This document shows, one piece after another, positions 27,725 through 36,518 of a DNA stretch of 41,536 nt. The DNA comes from Candidatus Elarobacter sp. GTDB taxonomy: Bacteria; Acidobacteriota; Terriglobia; Acidiferrales; UBA7541. The stretch lies in the NCBI GenBank assembly GCA_035639075.1, contig DASQYT010000176.1, positions 1 through 41,536 on the forward strand. Direction: 5' to 3'. Each line of letters opens with the position of its first letter. Positions within the stretch are counted from its first letter, which is position 1. A program made the position numbers and the translations under genes. Below the pieces are notes generated by a model. That model was given only the letters and a program-made list of their open reading frames with translations, was not told where the DNA came from and ran no database searches.

Positions 27725-28273
27725 ATTGTTCTTCACGGAAAAAATATTGGGAACCGCGCTGGCGCGCAGGTACGCAAGATTTTTATCCGCTTCGTTATCC
27801 ACCACGCCCTCCAGCGTGACGTTGCCATTCTTCACGATGATATGGACGGACGGCACAGCTTGAATGGAGTAACGCGAGAGGCCGGGGTCTCCATAAATCC
27901 CGCGGTACACGGCACGGCGGATCTGGTCATCCATCGGCGAGAGCGGAAGAACCTCGATGTTGTTCACCACCGAGGAGACTGCCTCGATGCTCTTCACGGC
28001 GGCTTCGGCGTCGGATTTCAACGTCGGCCGGGTGACCTGGCCGGAGAGAATGACCTTGTCGCCTTCCACCTGATACGCAAGATTGTCGAAAGCGGAGTAC
28101 CACGGCAGCATGACGAGCTGGTGCCGCACTTCTTTTGCAAGTTTTTCGCGATAGTTTGCTTCACTGCGCTGCTTCTTCTCTTCCTGCGGCTGAGCCGTCG
28201 GGGAGTTTGCCAAGGCCAGCATGGGAATGGCGAGTAGCAGTATTACAAACAGGGATCGGAGTTCCTTTCTCAT
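27698..28273 (-). CDS. Dual BON-domain exported protein
   Basis: Signal peptide, VILSGQVTRP..KSIEAVSSVVNNI and VKNGNVTLEGVV..VKNNL. AGGAGG SD. Confidence 0.9.
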   Translation of the reverse strand: MRKELRSLFVILLLAIPMLALANSPTAQPQEEKKQRSEANYREKLAKEVRHQLVMLPWYSAFDNLAYQVEGDKVILSGQVTRPTLKSDAEAAVKSIEAVSSVVNNIEVLPLSPMDDQIRRAVYRGIYGDPGLSRYSIQAVPSVHIIVKNGNVTLEGVVDNEADKNLAYLRASAVPNIFSVKNNLVVVGNGK

Positions 28274-28479
28274 GATTTCCTCCTGGACAAATGTCCTGAC
28301 TTTTTTCAACCAGTTAGATTCAAGATGCAGGAGGCCTGGGTTGCCTGCACCCGTGCCGAGGGGAGGTGTTAGCATACTCCCGACAAGGACGGCGGAAGCA
28401 TCGGGTTCTTTCGAAGAGAGAAACTTTTTGAGAGCGGCGGTGTTGTACGTAAATTTATGGCGACACTGAGAGTGGCATA

Positions 28480-29235
28480 GTGCTGGTGATTGCACATCGC
28501 GGGGCCTCGGGGAATGCGCCGGAAAACACGCTGGCGGCGTTCCGGGAAGCCGTTGCGCTCGGAGCGACTTTCATCGAAACGGATTTGCAGCTTTCTCGGG
28601 ATGCGCGCTTCGTGGCCATTCACGACGCCACGGTGAATCGCACCACGAACGGACAGGGCGCGGTTCACGACATGACACTGGCCGATTTGCGGCGGCTGGA
28701 TGCCGGATCGTGGTTCGGGAGCGAGTTTGCCGGAGAGCGCATCCCCACGCTGGAAGAAATTTTGGAGTTCTCGAAGAAAAACGACGTTGTGTTTTACCTG
28801 GAGATAAAACCCGGCAGCGCATGGGGCGGAGAGCACGCGCTGATTGGCGCGCTGCGCGATTCGGGGGAAATACCGCGGGTGGTGGTGATTGCGTTTGATG
28901 CCGCCATCGTGCTGAACGTGCGGAAAATCGAGCCCACGCTGATGACGGGGCTGCTTCACGACGGGCAAATCGAAAATCCGCTGGACAAAGCCGTCGAAAT
29001 CGGCGCGCGGCAATTGGTGGTGCGCGGGGACCTGGTGACGCCTGCGCTGATCGCGCAAGCCAAGAAAAAAGATTTGCACGTGGTGTGCTGGACGGTGAAC
29101 AATCCCGCGCACATGCGAATGCTGATCGCCGCCGGAGTCGACGGGATCATGAGCGACTATCCGGACCGGCTGGTGGCGGCGACAAAGAGAGATTCTCATG
29201 GCGCAGAATCCGGGAGCGCCGACAGAAGAGAATGA
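28480..29235 (+). CDS. Glycerophosphodiester phosphodiesterase (GDPD/UgpQ-like)
   Basis: IAHRGASGNAPENTLAAF, ETDLQLSRD...HD, RIPTLEE, WTVN, GVDGIMSDYP. Confidence 0.93.
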   Translation: MLVIAHRGASGNAPENTLAAFREAVALGATFIETDLQLSRDARFVAIHDATVNRTTNGQGAVHDMTLADLRRLDAGSWFGSEFAGERIPTLEEILEFSKKNDVVFYLEIKPGSAWGGEHALIGALRDSGEIPRVVVIAFDAAIVLNVRKIEPTLMTGLLHDGQIENPLDKAVEIGARQLVVRGDLVTPALIAQAKKKDLHVVCWTVNNPAHMRMLIAAGVDGIMSDYPDRLVAATKRDSHGAESGSADRRE

Positions 29236-30107
29236 AGGGCGGCGAGCTGGGCGACGGGGAGTTGCTCGGCGCGAGCGTCAGGGCGAAGTTTTAGCGCGGC
29301 AAGGGCTTCGCGCGTACGATCGGGCTTAGCGAGAGAGCGCAGGTCGTTCACGAGAGTTTTGCGCTTCTGCGAGAAACACAATTTCACAAAATCCAGGAAG
29401 CGGGAATCGGCATCACGGGATGCGTGTGCCTGCTTTCCTTTGGCCGACAGGACGCCGGAGGAGAGAGAGAGTTTTGCGCGTTCACCGGGCAGGCGGAGCG
29501 TGACGAGGGCGGAAGTGACTTCCGGCGGAGGATTGAACGCGTGGCGCGGAATTTCAAAGACGAATTCGGGACGCGTGTAGAACTGCGTGACGACGGAAAG
29601 ATAGCCGTAATCGCGCGTGCCCGGCTGGGCGGCAAGGCGAAGAGCGACTTCGGTCTGAATGACGACGTGAATTTCGTCGATGAGGTCAGCGAACGTAAAG
29701 AGGTGATGAAGGATCGGCGACGTGATGTAGTAAGGGAGATTGCCGTAGACGCGGACGCGGCGTCCGGAAGCGATGGCGGCGATGTTCGCTTTGAGAACGT
29801 CGCCGGGAACGACGTTGAGGTTGGGGAACTGCTTTGCGAGGTGGCGCAGGCCCGGCAGGAACGCCGGATCGAGTTCGATGGCGTGGACGGGAGAATCGGT
29901 GGCGAGCAAACGCTGGGTCATTTCACCGTGCCCCGAACCAATTTCGATCCAGCAGTATTTGTCGTCCCGGGGAAGCGGGGATTGCTGATTTCGATCGTCG
30001 CCAGCGAGTGGCGCCAGAGAATGCGGCGAGACACGGATGGCGCGCGCGATTTCTTCGCGCCAGTGAAGATCGGCGAGGAAGTGTTGGCCGAGGCGTTGGC
30101 GTGCCAT
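29196..30107 (-). CDS. rsmA: 16S rRNA m6,2A dimethyltransferase RsmA/KsgA
   Basis: RLGQHFL, EIGSGHG, AIELD, GNLPYYITSPI, FNPPPEVTSA, FSQKRKTL, RAEQL. Confidence 0.93.
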   Translation of the reverse strand: MARQRLGQHFLADLHWREEIARAIRVSPHSLAPLAGDDRNQQSPLPRDDKYCWIEIGSGHGEMTQRLLATDSPVHAIELDPAFLPGLRHLAKQFPNLNVVPGDVLKANIAAIASGRRVRVYGNLPYYITSPILHHLFTFADLIDEIHVVIQTEVALRLAAQPGTRDYGYLSVVTQFYTRPEFVFEIPRHAFNPPPEVTSALVTLRLPGERAKLSLSSGVLSAKGKQAHASRDADSRFLDFVKLCFSQKRKTLVNDLRSLAKPDRTREALAALKLRPDARAEQLPVAQLAALHSLLSALPDSAP

Positions 30108-30148
30108 GGGTGGAACAGTGTAGCAAGAGGCGCGCGAGGAGCTCGCGA

Positions 30149-30176
30149 TTGTAAGTTGTAAGTTTTGAGTTGTAAG
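30149..30176 (+). repeat. Heptamer tandem repeat (TTGTAAG)x4, one degenerate
   Basis: TTGTAAG TTGTAAG TTTTGAG TTGTAAG. Confidence 0.7.
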
Positions 30177-30258
30177 TCGAAACTGAAGGGAGACCGAAAC
30201 GGGGAGACGCAGAGTACGCAGAGGGGTCGATGCCAAGAGGGGTCCCCCCGTGTTTTTG

Positions 30259-30352
30259 TAAGTGTTGCATCTAAAGGGCTTAGCCATTAAGTAAGTCTTT
30301 TGTTTGCAATACTTTGCGGGGAGATCCATAAGTGTTGCAGCTAAAGGACTTA
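30259..30352. repeat. Three 24-bp TAAGT-N14-ACTTA-type boxes, direct-inverted-direct
   Basis: TAAGTGTTGCATCTAAAGGGCTTA (30259), inverted copy 30292-30315, TAAGTGTTGCAGCTAAAGGACTTA (30329). Confidence 0.7.
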
Positions 30353-30602
30353 TGCCGACGATGTGGTAGCGACAAAGGAACCGGGCGGGAGGGGATTGGG
30401 AACGGAAGGGAAGCAGCGAGGAGAGATTCTTCGGCTCGCGATGCTCGGTCAGGATGAGCATGCTTCGCCGCATGCAGTTAGTAAGGACCGCGCGAGGGAC
30501 AGGTCCCGGCGACGCCGGGATGTGGCGCGGGTAGGCGCGCCGAAGAAGCCGAGAAAAAGTGGAAATGATTCTCATAACCATTTGCGAGAGTTGAAAAACT
30601 TT

Positions 30603-30662
30603 CCTCAGGGGCTGAAGCCCAAATGCGGCGCGCTATTAATGTCGGAGCTAAAGCTCCGACCC
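30603..30662. repeat. REP-like paired hairpins
   Basis: GGGC-TGAA-GCCC (30609-30620) and GTCGGAGC-TAAA-GCTCCGAC (30641-30660). Confidence 0.65.
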
Positions 30663-30737
30663 TCGGGACCATTGATGTTGGAGGTCGCGACCAGATCCCG
30701 ACGGGAACGGGACAGGTTTCGACGCGGCAATGAGGTA

Positions 30738-30822
30738 GTGCGCCTCCAGCGCTCTGGATTCTTTTTGCTAGGTTTCCCAGCCCTTACGGGTTGGGCTAAC
30801 TTCCGGCGCGCCTCCGGCGCTC
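30738..30822. repeat. REP-like composite element
   Basis: Direct repeats CGCCTCC(A/G)GCGCTC (30741, 30809) flank hairpin CCCAGCCC-TTAC-GGGTTGGG (30776-30795). Confidence 0.65.
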
Positions 30823-30879
30823 CGATAGCGTAAAATGCGTGGGAGGTCGCGGATGGAAGGTTTTGGAGTTCTTACGAAC

Positions 30880-30942
30880 AGCAGATTCCTCGCTCCGCAA
30901 AACCGACCGGAGCGCAAAAAACGCGCTTCGCTCGGAATGACA
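30880..30942 (-). repeat. REP-like repeat, same family as 23024-23051, with internal insertion
   Basis: Minus strand TGTCATTCCGAGCGAAGCG-[insert]-AGCGAGGAATCTGCT. Confidence 0.75.
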
Positions 30943-30978
30943 TTGAACAAGAGTTTTTAACAAGTTGATGAGACAACC

Positions 30979-32628
30979 GTGAGAATTTTATTCGTGGCAT
31001 CGGAAGGGCTGCCGTTTTCGAAGACGGGCGGCCTGGCGGACGTGGTGGAAGCGCTGCCGAAGGCGCTGGTGGCGCAGGGCCACGAAGTCGCGGTCGTATT
31101 GCCGCGATACCGAGGAACGAAGGTGACGGCAGTGGTGATGCCGAGCTTGACGATTCCGATGGGCGGAACGCGGCTGCGTTTTCCGGCGATCGCCGACGGC
31201 ACGGTGCTGAACGGCGTGCAGTATTTTTTTGTGGAAGATGCGGCGTACTTTGACCGCGATGGATTGTATGGCGGGAGCACCGGGGATTATCCGGACAACC
31301 CAGAACGGTATTCGGAGTTCTGCCGCGCGGCGATTGAAATTGCAAAACACATCTGGCCGACGGACGTGTTTCATTGCCACGACTGGCAATCGGCGCTGGT
31401 GCCGGTGCTGTTGCGGACTTCCTACAGCGACGACCCGCTGGTGAAAGACATTCCCGTCGTTTTCTCGATTCACAACATGGGGTATCACGGGCAGTTCACG
31501 AGAGACGTGCTGGAGCGCGTGGGATTGCCGCAAGCATTGTTTCATCCGACGGGAGTTGAATTCTTCGGAAGCGTGAACCTGCTGAAGGGCGGATTGGTTT
31601 TCTCGGATTACTTGACGACGGTGAGCAGGAAATACGCGGAAGAAATTCAGACGCGGGAATATGGGCATGGATTGGACGGAGTGGCAAAGAGCCGCGCGGA
31701 TCGCCTGGTGGGAATTTTGAACGGCGTGGATTATGCAGCGTGGAATCCGGAGACGGATAAGCTGATCGCGGCGAATTACTCGGCAAAGGATTTGGGAGGG
31801 AAGCAGGTGTGCAAAGCGGACCTGCTGGAAGTGTTTGGATTGCCACCGGAGCACTTGAGCCGGCCGGTGATTGGAATTGTGTCGCGGTTCGCGGATCAAA
31901 AGGGATTCGATTTGATCGCAGAGAAAGCGCATGAATTGATGCGCGAAGATTTAATGCTGGCGGTGCTGGGAAGCGGCGACCGCAAATATGAGGAGTTGTT
32001 CCGCGCACTGGCCGCGGCGTATCCGGGGCGCGTCGGCGTGAAGATTGCGTACGACAACACGCTGGCACATAAAGTCGAAGCCGGCGCTGATATGTTCCTG
32101 ATGCCTTCGCGCTACGAACCGTCGGGGTTGAATCAGATGTACAGCTTGAAGTATGGTACGGTGCCGATCGTGAGAGCCACCGGCGGGTTGGACGACAGCA
32201 TCGAGCCGTTCGACGTGGAGCACGGGACAGGGACGGGGTTCAAGTTCAAGGAGTACACCGGCGAGGCGCTCTTATTTGCCGTTCGGCAGGCGCTGCATCA
32301 CTACATGGATGAGAGAATCTGGAAGCGCATCCAGTTGAATGGGATGGCGAAGGATTTTTCTTGGAAGACGGCTGCGGCGGAGTATGCGAAGCTGTATGAG
32401 GCCGCGCGAGTCGCACGAGGATTTTCGGCGGCGGTGAAAAGTTCGGGAAAGGCGGCTCGGAGCAAGGGGCAACCCACGCAGCAGCCCACGCAAGAACCGG
32501 AGCAAGCCCCTCAAAGCTCGGCGCAAGCCGAGCGCGAGCCGGAACAGACGGCGCAAGCTGCGGAGCAAACGCCAAAGAAGTCAGGGCAGGCGGCAAGAAA
32601 CCAAAAACGCGCTGGAACATCTAATTAA
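30979..32628 (+). CDS. glgA: Glycogen synthase
   Basis: KTGGLADV, HCHDWQ, IHNMGYHG, GILNGVD, SRFADQKG, PSRYEPSGLNQ, RATGGLDD. Confidence 0.96.
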   Translation: MRILFVASEGLPFSKTGGLADVVEALPKALVAQGHEVAVVLPRYRGTKVTAVVMPSLTIPMGGTRLRFPAIADGTVLNGVQYFFVEDAAYFDRDGLYGGSTGDYPDNPERYSEFCRAAIEIAKHIWPTDVFHCHDWQSALVPVLLRTSYSDDPLVKDIPVVFSIHNMGYHGQFTRDVLERVGLPQALFHPTGVEFFGSVNLLKGGLVFSDYLTTVSRKYAEEIQTREYGHGLDGVAKSRADRLVGILNGVDYAAWNPETDKLIAANYSAKDLGGKQVCKADLLEVFGLPPEHLSRPVIGIVSRFADQKGFDLIAEKAHELMREDLMLAVLGSGDRKYEELFRALAAAYPGRVGVKIAYDNTLAHKVEAGADMFLMPSRYEPSGLNQMYSLKYGTVPIVRATGGLDDSIEPFDVEHGTGTGFKFKEYTGEALLFAVRQALHHYMDERIWKRIQLNGMAKDFSWKTAAAEYAKLYEAARVARGFSAAVKSSGKAARSKGQPTQQPTQEPEQAPQSSAQAEREPEQTAQAAEQTPKKSGQAARNQKRAGTSN

Positions 32629-32691
32629 AACGATTGAGGAGAGATTGGTGGTGGCCCGCAGACGGCGGGCAAGCCACTGAGAACAAACAAC

Positions 32692-33030
32692 ATGGCTGAT
32701 AATACAATTCAGACAGCAGATGACAAGAATTTTGAAGCTGAGGTGTTGACGGCCAGCAATGCGCAGCCGGTGATGGTGGATTTCTGGGCAGAATGGTGCC
32801 GCCCGTGCCACATGCTCGCGCCTACGGTGGCGGAGATTGCGCACGACTACGCGGGCAAGCTGAAAGTGATGAAATTGAACGTGGATGAAGCGATGAATTC
32901 GGCGGGCCGGTATCGTGTGCAGGGAATCCCGACGCTTCTGCTATTCAAGAATGGGCAAGTCGTCGAGCAGATCGTGGGAGCGGTGCCTAAAGAGCAGATC
33001 ACCAAGGCTCTGGAACGGCACATCGGATAA
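32692..33030 (+). CDS. trxA: Thioredoxin
   Basis: VDFWAEWCRPC, LNVDE, GIPTLLLFKNG. Confidence 0.93.
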   Translation: MADNTIQTADDKNFEAEVLTASNAQPVMVDFWAEWCRPCHMLAPTVAEIAHDYAGKLKVMKLNVDEAMNSAGRYRVQGIPTLLLFKNGQVVEQIVGAVPKEQITKALERHIG

Positions 33031-33049
33031 TTTGAGAGCGAAGTTACTG

Positions 33050-33087
33050 AGGCGCGTCGCGCGAAAGAGTGCGGCGCGCCTTTTTTT
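33050..33087 (+). terminator. Rho-independent terminator after trxA
   Basis: AGGCGCGTCGCGC...GTGCGGCGCGCCT stem followed by a T-run. Confidence 0.8.
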
Positions 33088-33128
33088 GTTTGGATTCGGC
33101 TGCGGATGAGAATGCTGACATAAGGGAT

Positions 33129-33713
33129 ATGGCGACAAGCAAACCAATCGCGCAACTGCGTTGTACCTGGGCGGCGAATGAGCTGAACATTCCCTATCAT
33201 GATCAGGAATGGGGCGTGCCTGTTCACGACGAGAAGAAGTGGTTTGAGTTCTTGATTTTGGAGGGCGCGCAGGCGGGGTTGAGCTGGGACACGATTTTGA
33301 AGAAACGCGCGCGCTATCGCGAAGTGTTTGACGGATTCGACCCCGCGAAAGTAGCACGCTACGACAAGAAGAAAGTCCGCGAACTGCTCCGCGACGCGGG
33401 AATCGTCCGCAACCGGTTGAAAATCGACTCCGCGATTACGAATGCGCGGGCGTTCCTGGAAGTGCAGAAAGAATTTGGCACATTTGATGCGTATGCGTGG
33501 CGCTTCGTCGGCGGCCAGCCCAAACAAAACGCGTGGAAAAGCCACAGCCGCCTCCCTGCAAAAACGGCGGAATCGGACGCGCTTAGCAAAGACTTACAGA
33601 AACGGGGATTCCGGTTTGTCGGATCGACCATTTGCTACGCACTCATGCAAGCGACGGGAATGGTGAACGACCACTTGGTGAGTTGCTTCCGATATCGAGA
33701 ATTGTCGAAATAG
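33129..33713 (+). CDS. tag: DNA-3-methyladenine glycosylase I
   Basis: RCTW, YHDQEWG, LEGAQAGLSW, GIVRNRLKI, GFRFVGSTICY..MQA.GMVNDHLVSC. Confidence 0.95.
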   Translation: MATSKPIAQLRCTWAANELNIPYHDQEWGVPVHDEKKWFEFLILEGAQAGLSWDTILKKRARYREVFDGFDPAKVARYDKKKVRELLRDAGIVRNRLKIDSAITNARAFLEVQKEFGTFDAYAWRFVGGQPKQNAWKSHSRLPAKTAESDALSKDLQKRGFRFVGSTICYALMQATGMVNDHLVSCFRYRELSK

Positions 33714-33892
33714 GAGTCGGGGCACGCCTGCTTGCGTTGAAGGCGAGGCGAGCGTACGATTCTAAATTGTTGTTTCCCGCGAATTCCCGCCAGCAATTTT
33801 CCTCTCAGGAAGTGACGGAGAGGGAAGGGTGCGGCCCCGACCCATGGGCAAGGCCCCTGACGAGTCAAAGGGTGTGAAGAGAAAGGCAAAGA

Positions 33893-35191
33893 ATGAAATC
33901 CGTCGTGGTGGTGGGCGCGCAGTGGGGCGATGAGGGAAAAGGCAAAGTCGTCGACTATCTTTCCGGCTCGTTCGATTACATTGCCCGAGTAGCGGGCGGG
34001 CACAATGCCGGGCACACCGTCATCATCGGAAAAGACCGCTACGTGCTGCAACTGATCCCGTGCGGAATTCTTCGCCCCAAACAACATGCGGTGATTGGCA
34101 CCGGCGTGGTCGTCGATCCGGCCGCACTCGTTGCGGAGATTGAAACGCTGTGCAAGGCGGGAGTCAACGTGGACAGCCGCCTGCATGTCAGCAATCGCGC
34201 GCACCTGATTTTTCCATATCACCGGGAGCTGGATAAAGCGGCGGAAGGCGCGCGCGGCGCAAATAAGATTGGCACGACTTCTCGGGGAATTGGCCCGGCC
34301 TATGAAGACAAGATGGCGCGGCGTGGGCTGCGGATGTGCGACCTGTTGGAGCCCGAGTTGTTTCGAAAGAAGGCAGCGCACGTGGTGGCGGAGAAGAACC
34401 GTCTGGCGAAAGGCGCTTACGGCGCAGACATTGATTTTTCGCATGAAGTGGAAGAAACGCTGAAACTGGGCGAAAAGATCCGTGGATACATTTGCGATAC
34501 GGCGGAATTGTTGAACCGCGCGCTGGACGAAGGGAAGTCCGTGCTGTTCGAAGGCGCGCAGGGAACCATGCTGGATATCGACCACGGAACCTATCCGTTC
34601 GTGACCTCATCGAGCGCTACTTCGGGAGGGGCGGCGACGGGCGTGGGCGTGCCGCCGACGAAAATCAAGCATGTGCTGGGAATCTCCAAGGCGTACACGA
34701 CGAGAGTAGGCGGCGGACCGTTTCCGACGGAAATGCCCGACCTTGACGCGAAAGAAGTGCGCGAACGCGGAAAAGAATTTGGCGCGGTGACGGGGCGACC
34801 GCGGCGCTGCGGCTGGCTGGATTTGCAGGTGCTACGCTACGCGAAAATGATCAATGGAATTGATTCGCTCGTAATTACCAAGCTGGACGTTTTTGATACA
34901 CAGAAAGATATTCAGGTGTGTGTCGGATACAAGTACAAGGGAACGTCGCTGAAAGAAATGCCGGCGCTTGCAGAAGAATACGAGCAAGTCACGCCGGAAT
35001 ACAAGACGCTCGCTGGATGGAATGAAACCACGTACGGCGTGAAGGATGGAGCGAAACTCCCGAAAGCGGCGATCAACTATCTTAAGTTTATTTCCGATTT
35101 TCTGCAGGTGGAGATTGGGATGATTTCGACGGGACCGGAACGCGACGCGACGATTGTGCCGGCGGGGACGCTGCTGTCGCGCTGGCTGTAG
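33893..35191 (+). CDS. purA: Adenylosuccinate synthetase
   Basis: GAQWGDEGKGK, GGHNAGHT, IGTTSRGIGPAY, EGAQGTMLDIDHGTYPFVTSS, TGRPRRCGWLD. Confidence 0.98.
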   Translation: MKSVVVVGAQWGDEGKGKVVDYLSGSFDYIARVAGGHNAGHTVIIGKDRYVLQLIPCGILRPKQHAVIGTGVVVDPAALVAEIETLCKAGVNVDSRLHVSNRAHLIFPYHRELDKAAEGARGANKIGTTSRGIGPAYEDKMARRGLRMCDLLEPELFRKKAAHVVAEKNRLAKGAYGADIDFSHEVEETLKLGEKIRGYICDTAELLNRALDEGKSVLFEGAQGTMLDIDHGTYPFVTSSSATSGGAATGVGVPPTKIKHVLGISKAYTTRVGGGPFPTEMPDLDAKEVRERGKEFGAVTGRPRRCGWLDLQVLRYAKMINGIDSLVITKLDVFDTQKDIQVCVGYKYKGTSLKEMPALAEEYEQVTPEYKTLAGWNETTYGVKDGAKLPKAAINYLKFISDFLQVEIGMISTGPERDATIVPAGTLLSRWL

Positions 35192-35202
35192 GAAGAAATT
35201 GG

Positions 35203-35226
35203 CCACAGAGGCACAGAGCCACTGAG
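35203..35226 (+). repeat. Short octamer tandem repeat
   Basis: CCACAGAG GCACAGAG CCACTGAG just after the purA stop. A similar ACGCAGAG doublet lies near 30206-30222. Confidence 0.5.
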
Positions 35227-35296
35227 TTTGGGGACGACACAGAGTCGAGTTAGGCAGACCACGAGTTATCGCGAATTAGCTCATCAGAAAACCAGA

Positions 35297-36508
35297 ATGC
35301 TCAGCTACGAGCAAGCACGGAAGAAAGTCATCGAACAAGTTGGGAAGAGAAAAGGACCGCGCGCAGTCGCCAGTGTGAGTGTGTGGGATGCGCTGGGATT
35401 GGTGCTGGCGCAAGAGGTGAAGACGGACCGCGAGTATCCGCCGTTTGATCGCTCGACGCGGGATGGATATGCGGTTCGTTCGAATGAAGTTTCGCCCGGC
35501 GCACAACTTAAGTGCGCGGGGGAAATCAAAGCGGGCGACACTGTGAGGGAATCACTGGCCGCAGGAACTTGCTGGCAAATCATGACGGGCGCGGCGGTTC
35601 CGGCAAGCGCGGATGCCGTGGTGATGATTGAGCACACGAGCCGCGAGGGCGACCTCGTGCGATTCGAACGAGTGGTGCAGCGGGGGCAGAACATTGTGCC
35701 GAGAGGAAGCGAGGCCGCGGCTGGGGAAGCGATGTTGAAGCCCGGCATGAGGCTTGGGTATGCGGAGCTGGCGCTTGCGGCGCAAGTCGGGGCGGTGCAA
35801 TTGCAATGCGCGCAGCGGCCACGCGTGGCGATTCTTTCCACGGGTGACGAAGTAGTTTTGATCGACGAAACGCCCGGCCCATTTCAGATTCGAAACAGCA
35901 ACAGCGTTTCTCTTGCCGCGCAGGTTCGTATTGTGGGTGGCGAGCCGGTAGTGCTGGGAAATGGGGCGGACCGCATCGATGACTTGGGAGAGAAAATCGA
36001 GCACGGGTTGAAAGAAGATGCGCTAGTGCTGTCCGGCGGGGTCTCCATGGGGAAGTACGACCTGGTTGAAAACGCGCTGAAAGCCATGGGCGCGGAATTC
36101 TTCTTCGATGCGGTCGCGATTCGGCCGGGGAAGCCTGCGGTCTTCGGAGTGTGCCAGGCAAAGCCGGTGTTTGGCCTGCCCGGCAATCCGGTTTCGACGA
36201 TGGTTACTTTTGAATTGTTTGTGGCGCCCGCGATTGATCTGTTAAGCGGCGCGGAGGCGCGGGCATTGCCACTGGTCGAAGCGCGACTGGCGGAACCGTT
36301 GAACGAGAGGCCTGGGCTGACGCATTTCTTGCCAGCACGAGTGGAGTGGCGCGAGAGGATGCCTGAGGTGAAAGCGTTGAAGTGGCAAGGCTCGGGGGAT
36401 ATCGCTACTCTGGCAAAGGCAAACTGTTTCCTGGTGGTGCCGGGGGACCGGGAAAAGATCGTGGCTGGCGAGAGTGTTTCCGTGCTGCTGAGAAAGGACG
36501 TCGTCTAG
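35297..36508 (+). CDS. moeA: Molybdopterin molybdotransferase MoeA
   Basis: PPFDRSTRDGYA, IMTGA, STGDEV, SGGVSMGKYD, RPGKP, GLPGNPVS. Confidence 0.95.
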   Translation: MLSYEQARKKVIEQVGKRKGPRAVASVSVWDALGLVLAQEVKTDREYPPFDRSTRDGYAVRSNEVSPGAQLKCAGEIKAGDTVRESLAAGTCWQIMTGAAVPASADAVVMIEHTSREGDLVRFERVVQRGQNIVPRGSEAAAGEAMLKPGMRLGYAELALAAQVGAVQLQCAQRPRVAILSTGDEVVLIDETPGPFQIRNSNSVSLAAQVRIVGGEPVVLGNGADRIDDLGEKIEHGLKEDALVLSGGVSMGKYDLVENALKAMGAEFFFDAVAIRPGKPAVFGVCQAKPVFGLPGNPVSTMVTFELFVAPAIDLLSGAEARALPLVEARLAEPLNERPGLTHFLPARVEWRERMPEVKALKWQGSGDIATLAKANCFLVVPGDREKIVAGESVSVLLRKDVV

Positions 36509-36518
36509 GCGATCGTGT

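Noticed and set aside
30108-30581. 158-aa N-terminal extension of RsmA in the ORF track
   Set aside because: It runs through intergenic repeats. Family similarity starts at MARQRLGQHFL (30107).
30108-30978. Autonomous mobile element or prophage attachment region
   Set aside because: No transposase, integrase, tRNA or terminal inverted repeats with target duplication were found.
33719-33737. GGCACG...TTGC upstream of purA as a sigma54 promoter
   Set aside because: Spacing is 11 nt rather than 10.
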